DNA from: Tubiluchus corallicola
Taxonomy: Eukaryota; Animalia; Priapulida
NCBI GenBank assembly: GCA_030141605.1
Contig: JAQGDQ010000011.1
Span: 1,360,066 to 1,424,065 of the forward strand
DNA length: 64,000 bases
Reading direction: 5' to 3'
How positions within the stretch are numbered: position 1 is the first letter of the stretch; every line of letters starts with the position of its first letter. Shown in pieces: positions 29,863 through 64,000 of the stretch. The notes below the pieces were generated by a model, which did no database searches, was not told the DNA's origin, and saw nothing but the letters and a program-made list of their open reading frames with translations. The position numbers and the translations under genes were made by a program.

Positions 29863-30220
29863 TGTCTAACGAAAGGAAGCCACTCCAAAAGGGAGGCTTA
29901 GGGAGCACGCTTTATTCTGCATTCACGGGGAATTTATATAGCACAAACTAGTCTGAAGTCCGGTTCTGACTGTGAAGAGACGTCAGACACATCCTCGTCA
30001 GCACCCGGAATTACCAAAATTCCTTGATTCTGAAACTACACGATGACGCCTGCTTGTCAGAGAAATCAGACTTTTTTGGACCATTGATTCTGAAGCTACT
30101 GGGGTGCACACGATGATGTCTCCTTCTCAGAGAATCCTAAATTTAACGGTCCATTGATTCTGAAACCACCTCCACACGATGAAGCCATAGAAGCACGTGT
30201 TGAAACGAAGCTTCACAATA
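29863..30220 (-). mobile_element. Possible LTR relic
   Basis: On the minus strand: three 60-70-bp tandem units (30024-30185), TATATAAA (29940-29933), AATAAA (29916-29911), ending ...GTTAGACA at 29863. No matching TSD found and the other end is undefined. Confidence 0.35.
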
Positions 30221-30574
30221 CCCAGTCTGTTGCATGCGGATATTAAATGTTGGCGGTTATGAAAAACACGTGCAAAAATGCTGCATGCAAGTTTACATAA
30301 GCGCTTAGTTTAGAACACGAAAAAAAGGAGATCAAATTTGTCTTGCAAATTTTCCGGGCGGCGTCGACTTTGTGACGTGGCGTTCCGACTTCCATGCAGA
30401 AAGATAGACGATGCCCTCGCAGTTCGCTGATGACGATCATGACGTTATAAGAATGATGATGTTGACGATGACGACGACTACGTTGATGCATGATATGATA
30501 TTGGGCGTGACTTGCGATTGAGACATAAATCCTCCCAATTGCTTGTAGACCAGTTGAACTGTCCAAGATGGTTA

Positions 30575-30830
30575 CAGCCCAGCTGGTTAATTGGCTTAGG
30601 TAAGATGCTTAAATTGTAATCCAAAATTTGCAAGTTCCTGTCTCACGCTGGCTGTTGTGATTTGGTGCCGCCACTTGACAGAGTAACTCATGCTTATGCA
30701 GTGCCCAGTGACTCTGCGACTAGTAGGGAACAGGGACCCTAGGCAGACACTGAACACAGTTAAGTCTCCGTAAAATGCTGCTGGGTTTATAATCTCTCTT
30801 TCTGGGAAGTGAAACTACATTAGAAACAAA
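30575..30830 (+). mobile_element. Decayed tRNA-derived SINE-like sequence
   Basis: Degenerate A-box/B-box-like head (TGGTTAATTGG ... AAGTTCCTGTCTC) followed by a GC-richer body; weak. Confidence 0.3.
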
Positions 30831-32696
30831 TAATTGCCCCTGTGCCGACAAGTAAATAGAAGTTTATTTTACAGCAGGGGTCTTGACATTACGAAAGAAA
30901 AAACAAAACACCCGCAGGTCAATGATAATCAGGTGGGTCATAATAATGGTGACTGAAAAACAATGACAACCGAAACACAGGCAGTGGCATTGAGGTATGT
31001 ATTCCTATCAAGAGAAACAGGAGATTCAACCTTCAAGCGACTTATATGAGGTTTGTTATCAACGACTATGACGACTGCGATGACAAAGTACAATGATATG
31101 ACACTGACTAGGCATTCCAGGTCACGCAAAAAAGAAAATGGGCCTGCAGTCAATTGAAGATGAAACCAAAGAAGACGGTAGCAACCACTCGTAAAAGAAC
31201 CATCCCAAGTAGAATTTATAAACGAATCGACTACGACGTCGCGATAATCAGTTTTATCTATTTCAGCAGAAAACAATTCGAACGTAGCTTGGTAGCTTTC
31301 CTTGAGGCATGATGTATATGCCAACTCTTATCAAGTATGCTACAACGCTGGTTTTATGGGTATTGCTACGTCATTTATTATACAATTTAGCACATCGCAA
31401 GCCGGAATCAAGCATTCAGGGGCAAGGCAAGACAACCTCGGTGAATGTGGATGATAGTGGAAAGACTGGAGTCTACCTACCTCATTGTAAAGCCAGGCCT
31501 TATAAGATGAGGCATTGAACCAGCAGAAGTGCCTTTGTCAAGTTTGGATGTGAATATGCAATTCAATTCAATCAACTGTATGTTTGTTTTCACCCCCAAT
31601 CTACGTCCTATCTCACCATGAACATAATTAATCCTTCACTTATCCGAAAAAGTTTAAAAAAAGCCTTTGTAGAATGAATTTCACTCGGGTTTTACAATCA
31701 GTGTAGTTCGGCTAATGCAGGTATTTAAAGCACACCTGATATTACCTGCCACAATCACCTATCAATTGGTATAATCACCGTAATGAATGTGCACCTGATT
31801 GCTAATTATAATTACACAGCAGTCACAATTACAATTCACTGCACTAAACCAGCAATTACTTAACTGGGATACTGATTATTGTTGTGACTAATCGATAGAA
31901 CAATCATTACAGCATTTTTCCAGTACAAATACTAATTTCCAGATCAAACAAACTGCAATTGGACATAATGTGAACGGACCTTTAAACGCCTATGGTCTTA
32001 CAAAAGTGCCAAACAAATAATTGGATTGTTTTTGCCCCTTATATTTACCGTCAAATAATATTCTACCTACAGTCGTGGGAAAACATAAATTAGCTACAGG
32101 CTGGCGTACACACAAAGCAAACTGTATGTTGGTAAATTATCAGCAAATACTTCCGATGTAGGACGCGCGTGACATCTAAGTGCTAGTCAGCTACTACTGT
32201 AACAATCATATCCTTGTATTAGCACGCGTAAATTTCTACAAAAACACAAGAAACCGAAAATTTAATAACCACGATACTTCCTGATAGAGAAAAAGGCAGA
32301 TATCAACATATCAAGCTGCAACTCGATTCACTTTATCGATAGTTTACAATCATAAAGTTTCAGTTTTCAAAACTCGTCTTAAACTTGATACTAATACTGC
32401 GACCGTTAACATTTTTCATCAATTTCGTTAACTAATATTTCTAAATTATCTGTTTTATTATGATGCACTGGACTACCCTCTGTGTACTACAGCCAACTTG
32501 GAAAACGATACGTATTGATTAAGATTTCAACAAATCTCTATTTTACGGTACGAATGTTGCACAGTACGCAGCCTTGTGTGAAGCTACTATCACCTGTAAA
32601 CAACACAGCAAAACACAGCTCTACCAACTGCATAAACAGGTAAAAATGCAGTAAACAAAACTGGTAAATGGTATTACTACAATAAAGAAAACAATA

Positions 32697-32790
32697 ACTC
32701 ACTCTTATTTCCTTGTTTATCTAATGGTCCCAGGTATGAAAGGCACGGCAAAAATTCTAGCTTGTTGCTGTCAAGTGAACATTATCATCT
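32697..32790 (-). other. TNFAIP8: Candidate 5'-UTR exon of TNFAIP8 donating the A of a split A|TG start codon (donor after 32703; 5' end unknown)
   Basis: AAATAAGA|GTGAGT consensus donor; exon 24101 begins TG ACG GAC, so the junction would read AAG A|TG ACG GAC (MTDSHFK..., 193 aa) with A at -3. Confidence 0.45.
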
Positions 32791-35430
32791 CTTGCAAACT
32801 TCATCCAAGTGTGGCAAACTGCAATAATGAGCAATTAACCATAAACTGAAAGATGCAGAGAAAAATGTGTATGAGTCATGGTTCCAATAGCAGTAGCGCG
32901 CGTTTAGAGTGGTGGGGCGTATCCAGCCTGCTGAGTAACTCCAGTAGCACACGTAGGGTGTATCCAATAAGTAAGGGTGATGAGTAAAACGATGCTGGGA
33001 TAAATGATATTTCAATGCAAGGTCGGGCGTATCCAACGTACGACGGCTATAGTAAAAGCCCTAGATGTGCAGTGTTGGGTACAGTGATAGTAAATACGGG
33101 TCTTATCTAGTGCAGGATGTTAAACGAAAATGAACGTTTTGTTGTGATATTTAACTCAATAAGGTGAGGGCGCTTTCAGCACATGGTGTTCACATAATGC
33201 ATATGATTGGTTGGGCAGCACCACATCACACCACTGTCACACCAACTTTATTTTAACTGACTAAGACTTCATCACACACCTTGCAAAAAAGAATTCTTTT
33301 TAGTGATTTATGTGCTTTTGACACAATGAAACATTGTTTCCATTTTACTTTTTTGGAACTTTTTTAACAAAAATTGGATGCGAGAAACTCGTAACACGGC
33401 ACATGAAGGCGCTGCACAAGCAGATGTTTTTTTACTGCGTCGCCTCGTTTGACAAAAAAAGGTACACTGTCCAAAAAAATTTAATTACAGATGCTGTAAA
33501 CTGTAACACAAATTGACTGACGACTTCATTTTAGCAACCGAACTTAAGCAACACCTGATTGGTCAGGAAATGAAGGGTAACTGTTGAGTGGCATTTTTAA
33601 ATACACCAGCTCTGGGTGGTTTTAGAAAAAACAGAATAAATAAACAAGAATTAAATGATGTTTTAAAATGGGTAAAGCATAATTGGATGGAGCATAAATG
33701 AATCGAATTACAGTAAACGTAAAAAAAATTACTAGAAAATGCAAAAAGAAAACAGTACATGTATCACTGACCAATAATAATGCTCCACTTAATAATTCAA
33801 AGTGGCCTTTGCAAATGACATTTCTGTTTGCTAAGCAAGAATCCGGGATGTTACATTAGAAATTCTAGAATGCAGTGCACTGAAATATTCATATACCGAG
33901 AAAAAAAGAGAAAATTTAATTAATGGAATTTTTCCCGACCAGTCATGAAACAAACAAAGAGGCCAAAAAAGGGGAAAATATTTACCTTTGCTATAATTAA
34001 ACGAAAGGCCAAGCCTTCTGAGAAGATAGTGTTATTTCAAAGTTAACAAAAAATGAAAAATGTTAGATGGATTTAATAGTGTGATAAGCACCTCGTGTAA
34101 TTAATAAAAATCACTCTAAAGTCGTGACTATTTCACGCTTTGGGCGCTTTAATGTTCGTTCTTCCACCATTGACATCATTCATCGATTGAAGAAAATCAG
34201 CACACTGTCAAAAGTATAATAAGTTTTTACAAAAAATTAAATATTTTAGCTAACTTTGTGACATTTTTGCATGAACAGTAAGTAAGCCACAGAAGTTTGA
34301 AAGTTTTAGCAGTGCATGGTTATGGAAACCCATGATGCACTTATGAAGAGTCACAAAGTCCACCAGTTACGTCACAAAGCCAAAGTCCACCAGTTACATC
34401 ATAATTTTCAAGTGAAGGGCAGCTATCAAAACACATGCATATCAACTATGCTTTATAGACAGTTTTTTGCAAATTTCCTTTTTATATTTTCTTAAGTTTA
34501 AGGAAAAGCAGTAAAATAAACATGCTGAGTGACTTGTCCTTTCCTTTAAAGAGAAACCAATTTTACAATTTAATGTCATTTGTATAAAGAAGAAAAGGAA
34601 ACAGAAGGAATCATAGTACCATTTAGTGAGGACAGTGACAAATGAAATGACTCTTAAATGCTATACTAAGCAAAAGAAGAATTTTGTTAGGCTAAAGTGA
34701 CAATTACAATTGATTTAATTTTGATTATTCAGAGTTCATTCTGCTGTAAAAGGGTGGGATAAGCGTACGATGAACTTACTATGGTGCTCTCGAGCGGAAA
34801 GTTTTATAGCTGCCAGGCGCATTAGAAGTAAACGGCACGTGGGTTAGATATAGGCATTATAAACTCGTAATATGGGAATACTCGTAAACTTGCAATGTAA
34901 ATTGTGAACAGAGTCAAATCAACACACGCCTATTAGTATAAAGCCCAATAAAGTTTTACCACACAGCACCGACCACAGAAACTGCAAACAAAGTAATCAA
35001 GACAAAATTATTCTTAGAACAAAATTAGCAATTAGGCCCTCTATTGGGAATGCCAGCCAGCAAACTCTACGCTTAGTAGCAATAGAATAAAAAGTCAATG
35101 ATTTCATGGTAACAATATTCTTGGCTATACAAAGAAACATCTACTAAACATTTAAATAGTTCAGCTCCTAGCAGCAATAAAGAAAATGGTTTTACAACTT
35201 TTTTTGTTGTAATGCTGGCTGCGTTGCACTGCAGTCTGGTTAAGGATTATATGTAGTTATTAATTTTTATTTAGCTCATAAAGCTTTGCATTAAATAATT
35301 TTTCCTATCTTGCAATCAAAGTTTTTTTGCATATTTGATATGTTAAATTGGAAACTTGTTCAGTGTCAAATTATAGTTTGTGTAAACTTGCACCCCAAGG
35401 TTATTTATTGTTTCATGACAATGATCAACA

Positions 35431-35582
35431 GTAATGACACACAGTGAAGAAACATAATGAGACATAGTAAAAAAACAGAGTGATGAAACATAATGACACG
35501 TTGTAAAGAAATAGCATGAAGAAACATAATGACACATTGTAAAGAAACAGAATGATGAACCACAATGACACATAGTGAAGAA
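35431..35582. repeat. 36-bp minisatellite, ~4 copies
   Basis: Unit ~GATGAAACATAATGACACATTGTAAAGAAACAGAAT; the source of repetitive ORFs 35343-35665. Confidence 0.85.
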
Positions 35583-37395
35583 GGAGAAAGTTGAGACATA
35601 CAGTTATACACAAATATGCTTATTGGCCCTACGTGACTTTGAAAACAACTATGTATATAGACCAACTAAACATTTATGAGCAAGTTTGAAGTCCTATGAT
35701 TCCTATCGCTCCCATTAAAGCAATGTTATCCCAATTCCAAATGGAGGAGCTTGACCTTGTTGACCTCTGGCTACACCAGATTTTTATGAAGTTATGCCCA
35801 AGCTATTGTGCTGCACTACATTAAGATTGAGGGGCTATGATTCAACCATTAAAATATGCTTTCTCACACAGGGATTAAAAATTCTCATACCCATGATGCC
35901 TTATTGGGCAAGTGAAGTAATTTCACTGGTAGTCCAGTAGACTACTAACACCAGCATAATGCACGACAACAAGAGGAAATATGTTGAGAACATGTGTGAC
36001 ACTGAATTCCTGTTTCCCCCACTAGAGAGTATAAATATTTGCAGAATAGACTGTTAAATCTTCAGATCAATTTAACTAATGGCCAATTTAGAAACATAAA
36101 CAAGTCAGTAAGAGCACCGTACAAAACAACCATTTGTGCTCAGTTCTAGACATGCAGACAAGTTCTGATTTACAAGTTATTTTAATTATAGCAGTACTAA
36201 GTGTTCAGGTAGGACTCCATGTATATGTAACATGCGGTACATGATGCGTATACAACAGTTTGTATATGTATTTAAATGTGGAAGTATTTCAATGTGTATG
36301 TAATGTGCAATCCGTAATGCGTGGTGTGGGATTGGTCTTCATTCGAACGTGATCGCTATCGTTCAAGCTCCGAATACCCATCGTGCAGCAATCTAGAACA
36401 ATATGCAGATTAGAAACCACCGTTACGAGAGTTTTCAAGTTTCTGATGAGCATTTTCGCTGATTGGTTTGATCAAGCGAGTTTGGTCACTTCAGGACCTA
36501 CACACGATAATATTTCTTTCGCTTGACTTTTTGAGAGGTGGAAGAAAGGTATAATTACATTGTTCTGCATGTAGATGCAATTCCTTATTCATCCCGTATT
36601 GTTGTCTTCTTTACAAAATGTTATGCATTCAAAACTTGTGCTTTCTTTTGAATTTTTGCATCTGATAGTACAATGATAAGCTAATGTCACTGCAGTGATT
36701 ATTTCTTGGTCACTGTCACACTAAAATTTTGAGACATGGCTTCCAAAAATCTAAACTTCACGAAAACCAACCCAAGAATAACAGAAAGAGTTCTGTGAGC
36801 TTTGTTAGTACATACGGCGTTCACGGAAACATAGAAACAGTCACGGATCACCCATTACCTGCACATGGGTTCTACCTTAAAAATGGCTTACAATGAACAC
36901 ACTACGCTTGTTTTAGACAGAAATTATAAATCTCTTCAACTAATGCTAGCAACTATTCAGGTTAGTGAGCCTTAGCAGGAAGGTGGAAACATGAATGACA
37001 GGTCCAGAAAATCTGATTCTTGGCAACTAGTTTGCTAGTGATACAAGGTAAATGTTAACATTCTCCTTCAAACAGACGAGGTTGAAATTAACTGGAAAGC
37101 AATTTTCTGGTAAAGAATTCTGCATAAGTTGTATTAAGTTCTGCATATTAATATTATGGTAAATATATCAAAAACTTGTTGGAATTTTGCCGACATTCAC
37201 ATGATTTGCTTGCCTGACAATGGCCATTTCCATTTACAATCCACTTTTTAATTAACTTCTACAAGACGGTGAGTGCCACCTAGTAGTGAATGTTAGCCAA
37301 CTGATCATTTTTGCATTCTGATTAGGTTATCTTATTATCTGCTGAGAATAGTTTATTTGGGAAATGCTCTACATCCTTGAGTGCCAACTTGGGGG

Positions 37396-38750
37396 CTAGT
37401 GTAGGAGATTTCTAATACATGTAAATTTGTCCAAGTGTGTTTTGAAGGCGCCGGCTGCAGTGCATTTAATAACGTCTTCAGGCAATGAATGCCATAGCTT
37501 TATCTCTGCATTTAAGAAACTAAACCTGAACTGTCTTTTATATATTTTGTACCAGTGGTCTCTAATCACTGAAGGACAACAATCAAAGAAAATTGCAGGA
37601 TCCGAGTCTGAAATACCTCTAAACATTTTATATATCTCGATTAGATGACCTCTAGTACATCTGCATGCATGACTGTATAATTGTAGTTTGTCCTGATATA
37701 CTACTGTTTAATCCAGAGTTCGCATATTCGATGTGTGGCCTCACTAGGTTTAATGATGCATTTATTCCTACTAACAATTGTTCGAGAAATAGCTCTGAGT
37801 GTCCGATTTGCCTTGGTGACTTTATCATTGATGTGTATGTGGAATTTGAATTGGTCATCCAACAACACCCAAATCTTTCTCAGAAGAAACCACTGGTAGG
37901 AATTTTCTGTGAAATTGACATTGGTATGCGGGATTGCTCTTCTTAAGGTTAGTACATTGCATTTTCCATCTGCTGTGTTAAAAGTCATTCGCCAGAGTTT
38001 GGTCCATTGGTTTGTTTTGTCTAAGCCAGTTTGCAAGTCGGCAGCAGATTGCAGTGAGGATACACAACCAGCAAGTATAGTATTGTCTGTATGGTCAGTT
38101 TCGAGATGATACCGCTATCAATGACGAGATGATATCAAGATGAAGACCAACAATGGTCTTAGAACACTACCTGGGGTACTCCAGAAAGAAACAGAAGAGT
38201 CAATGATTGTTTATTCTGTATCATCACCATTTGTCAACCATTCCTTGATCGAACTAAAACGTTTACCATGTATACCATAGATTTGTAGCCTGGCAAGAAG
38301 ACATTCATGGGGGACCCTGTCAAAGTTAGCTAAGTTCAAATATATAATATCAACTGAAGAACCATTATCAATATGACTAAAGACATACTAAAAGAAGTCT
38401 AGCAGGTTGGTTGCAAATAACAGTCACTTCATGAAATCATGTTGTGATTTGAATAGTAAATTGTTGCTAAGGAAACGTCCGGTAACTCTACACTAACAAC
38501 GAACTTTCAAACATTTTAGGAGTCACACTTGTCAAAAAGAGATTCGTCTGTAGTTGCTGCCTACATTTCAGGAACCTTTTTTGTGTATAGGTGTAATAGC
38601 AGAGAGCGTCCAATCTTCTGGGATGTTTGCATCTATTAACGATCTATAGTAGATAATAGCTAGTAGCTCAGTAATACACGGCGCAACTTTAACTAGTAAA
38701 AGTAGTATAGTTAGATGTAATACTAATAGATCCTTGCACAGAACTGACAT
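37396..38750 (-). mobile_element. Decayed 5'-truncated non-LTR retrotransposon (CR1-type LINE ORF2 reverse transcriptase and C-terminus)
   Basis: Ordered frameshifted fragments: IPEDWTLSAITPIHKKGS, FDRVPH (~38305-38325), SGVPQ..SVL (~38160-38186), KANRTLRAI, LVRPHIEYA, WHSLPEDV...FKTHLDK, all motifs typical of CR1-group ORF2. Confidence 0.88.
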
Positions 38751-39414
38751 TTAGCATTTTGATGATATGGTGAATGAATTCCTGCATAATATCAAAGTCT
38801 TGTGGTGGCATGACGTGAAAATGTCATTTTACAGAATAAAATTCTTTTATTCACTCTTATCCTTAGAAAAGGTCCACCCACGTCTCACGCACATTCATTA
38901 GTGTATACCCAGGCCGCAGCCATTTCAAGATAATTAATTTTAACATAAAAAAAACATAAGGCGAACTTTTAGAATACATATTTTCTAAACAAAAGGCAAG
39001 TTTAGAAAGTACACATACAATTGTAAATGTGATTTCACCGATTTATTGCTTACGTAGTTGTTATACAGTAATACTAATAATACCTTCAACTAGCTGCAGA
39101 CTTTGCAACAAACCGAGTACTTAGAGCGACTTTCAGATACAATTTAACACAGCCAGTGAACACTATTAATACGAAAAAACGAGAAGAGAACATACGATGA
39201 TGGCCGGAACGATAAAAACTGCACTTCCTTTAACCAAATATTCATGCTCTAAGTAAATTTCTAATTAAATCACACTTCGCAACTCTTCCGCTAAAATTTC
39301 GAAGGCTTTCCCATTACCAGGCGTAAGTGCAGATAAAGCATTATTTATCAAACGTGATTGCGGTCACCCATTACGACTTGCGCAATGCCCAATCGCCAGT
39401 CAGTAATGTGGTAA

Positions 39415-39755
39415 ATAGGTATGAGCATTGAGCGTTCAAGTTCGAACATTCGAATCGAATTCGAACAAGTTTTCTTAGTTAAAATTCGATTAGAACCTAA
39501 AATTATATATTCGAAATAATTCAGCACTTCAATCACATACGTTTCATCATTAAAATGATTGAAGCATCATGTGATCAGCATAATTTAGCTGTGATTTCTG
39601 TGCACCATTTTAAACAAATAATTAGCAGTTTTACTACAGAAGAAAATCAAGCGTGGTCTCTGTAATACTAATTTTTACTTGTGGTTCGAAAGCTTAGTTG
39701 AAATTCTTTCAATCTCAGTTCGAATTCACTTTCTGGTAGAGAATGTTCACCCCTA
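39415..39755. mobile_element. Possible hAT-like MITE
   Basis: TAGGTATGAGC vs GTTCACCCCTA imperfect inverted ends; clustered TTCGAA motifs. Confidence 0.4.
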
Positions 39756-41490
39756 GTCGAAAGCTGACTTAGTCATACATTTTCATTCGTTGTATAATGT
39801 ACAGGCAACAAGAAATCATCAGTAGCGATTGAATAATATCAGTACGTAGTTTGTTCCGTTCGGTTATACAACGGTATCCTAACTACAAGTTAGCTGAACC
39901 GCATTTACTGCAAACTTAATCAAATAAAACACAATATGAAATTCACATAATCAAGCCCTGTGCATTTGCAGTGGGATGAAATGAAATGCAAAGCAAAGCA
40001 ATAACATTACAGCCTAACCCAAGTGAGAATCCAGTTCAATGAGGTCCTATTCAATTTTTTTGTTCAACATTTGCGCGCCCTTCTTTTTCTATCGTTTTTA
40101 CCAAATTTTGGTGATACAGCACTTACAATTGTTGTTGTTACTGATAAATTTTAATTGGTATCATAATTATCATACAATCAAGCAAGTTAGGTTGCTCTGT
40201 TTCCCAGGCCTTGGCTTTCTATCCTGAACAAAGAACGTGTCTGATGAAATGACATCACACTCATATTTGATACCAATTTATTCGTATTTATTTTTACTAC
40301 ATTGCGTTATTATAGTTTTAAGATACAAATTTATATTGTAAATTCATAACTTTTTTAGCCATACCAATTTAAAGCTGCTTCCAAACATAAAGCAATGCGA
40401 CTAATGATTGAACTAAATTTATTTTACAATCACTTGTTTTAATGCCAAAAGCTTGTCAAAGTACTAAGTGTGCACAGATGAACAAAGTGAAATTTTCAGC
40501 CACTCAAAGTGAGATTAACAACAAAGTTTCAAGTGTTAACGATCGAAATATTCATTATGTATTTAAAATTATTTAAAATAACAATAGTTCTCAATTTCTT
40601 TTTTAGACATGGAACAAAATGAATTTTATAGTTTCAGATGGCCTAACCAACAAATGTGTAGCACTGTTTTTTATGTATTTGGATAGACGAAAGTTACACG
40701 AAGCCAAATACAAGCAACAGATTTTTGCAGTGCCACCAAGAGGAATTGTTGCAAAAATTAACAACACCTGTGATAGTTCAACCAAATGAAGTCCAAATAC
40801 GTCTGCATTGCCTTTGAAGTTGTATTGTAAGGTTTCTAAGACGCCACAAATAATGATTCAAACTGACATAAAAAAGTTAACCACAGTTATTAAACACGTT
40901 ACAGCTGAGAATTCAAGGTTTGACTAATTATTAAGCGGCAAAGTTATTTTTAATTAGAAACGAAGGTGAACGGGTCAGATAATCAGCTTATTTTTTCTGT
41001 TCACAAAACAATAACTGGACAGACAACAACAATAGTCCGCTTCCCAACTGACATTTTCACTTGCAGGCAACAATCATTGCTCCATCACCACGGCAACCAC
41101 AACAACACATTGATTTATTTGCTTTTTTACACCACGCTGCCATAACATTCTGTTTGCAGACTGTCAGTTATTAAACAAACTCATATAAACGTGTTCAACT
41201 CTGAAAACAGAACTGATATCTTCATGCCTTCATAAAAGCATTATCTTGTTAACTGATAGTATTGGAATCCACAAGCACTTAAGAAAATTGTAGCCCAATG
41301 CTAAGTGCGAGAACTTGAATGATAATGGCAAAATTACAATATCAATGGCTTAATTATGGCTGAACAACGTTAACACAATTGGCTTTTTGAGATACTAAGT
41401 TTCTAGTCTGCAAAAATGTCTGGACTGCAACTAAAAATATAATTACTTTTTTCTTATTTACAGTTTTTCAAACTTTCCTTCTCTGACATT

Positions 41491-64000
<22,510 letters not shown>

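Noticed and set aside
33984-34180. Donor-like AAAG|GTAAAT with a short upstream ORF, as another TNFAIP8 first coding exon
   Set aside because: The phase-1 frame has an upstream stop with no ATG, and the junction would give G|TG rather than a start codon.
36859-36875. 17-nt micro-exon candidate containing ATG TGC AG|GTAATG
   Set aside because: Its ATG is out of frame with the TNFAIP8 common exon and nothing else supports it.

Overview
AT-rich, intron-containing metazoan (probably invertebrate) nuclear DNA; the ORF track is mostly noise, so genes were rebuilt by hand from GT-AG junctions and translation. Four genes: COPS2 (minus, first two coding exons, runs off the left edge), DDA1 (plus, complete, 5 coding exons, 106 aa, absent from the ORF track), a TNFAIP8/TIPE-family gene (minus, two shared exons plus three candidate alternative first exons) and the 3' part of SNRNP200/Brr2 (minus, 22 exons, runs off the right edge). 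Introns and intergenic DNA hold many non-autonomous DNA transposons, a decayed CR1-type LINE, a possible LTR relic, minisatellites and microsatellites. I see no proven new system. The best leads are an SNRNP200 intron made mostly of 7 tandem copies of the upstream exon's 3' end plus its 5' splice donor (all unproductive if used), a similar in-frame donor duplication in TNFAIP8, a candidate start codon assembled by splicing (A|TG) in TNFAIP8, and the head-to-head pairing of two cullin-RING-ligase regulators.
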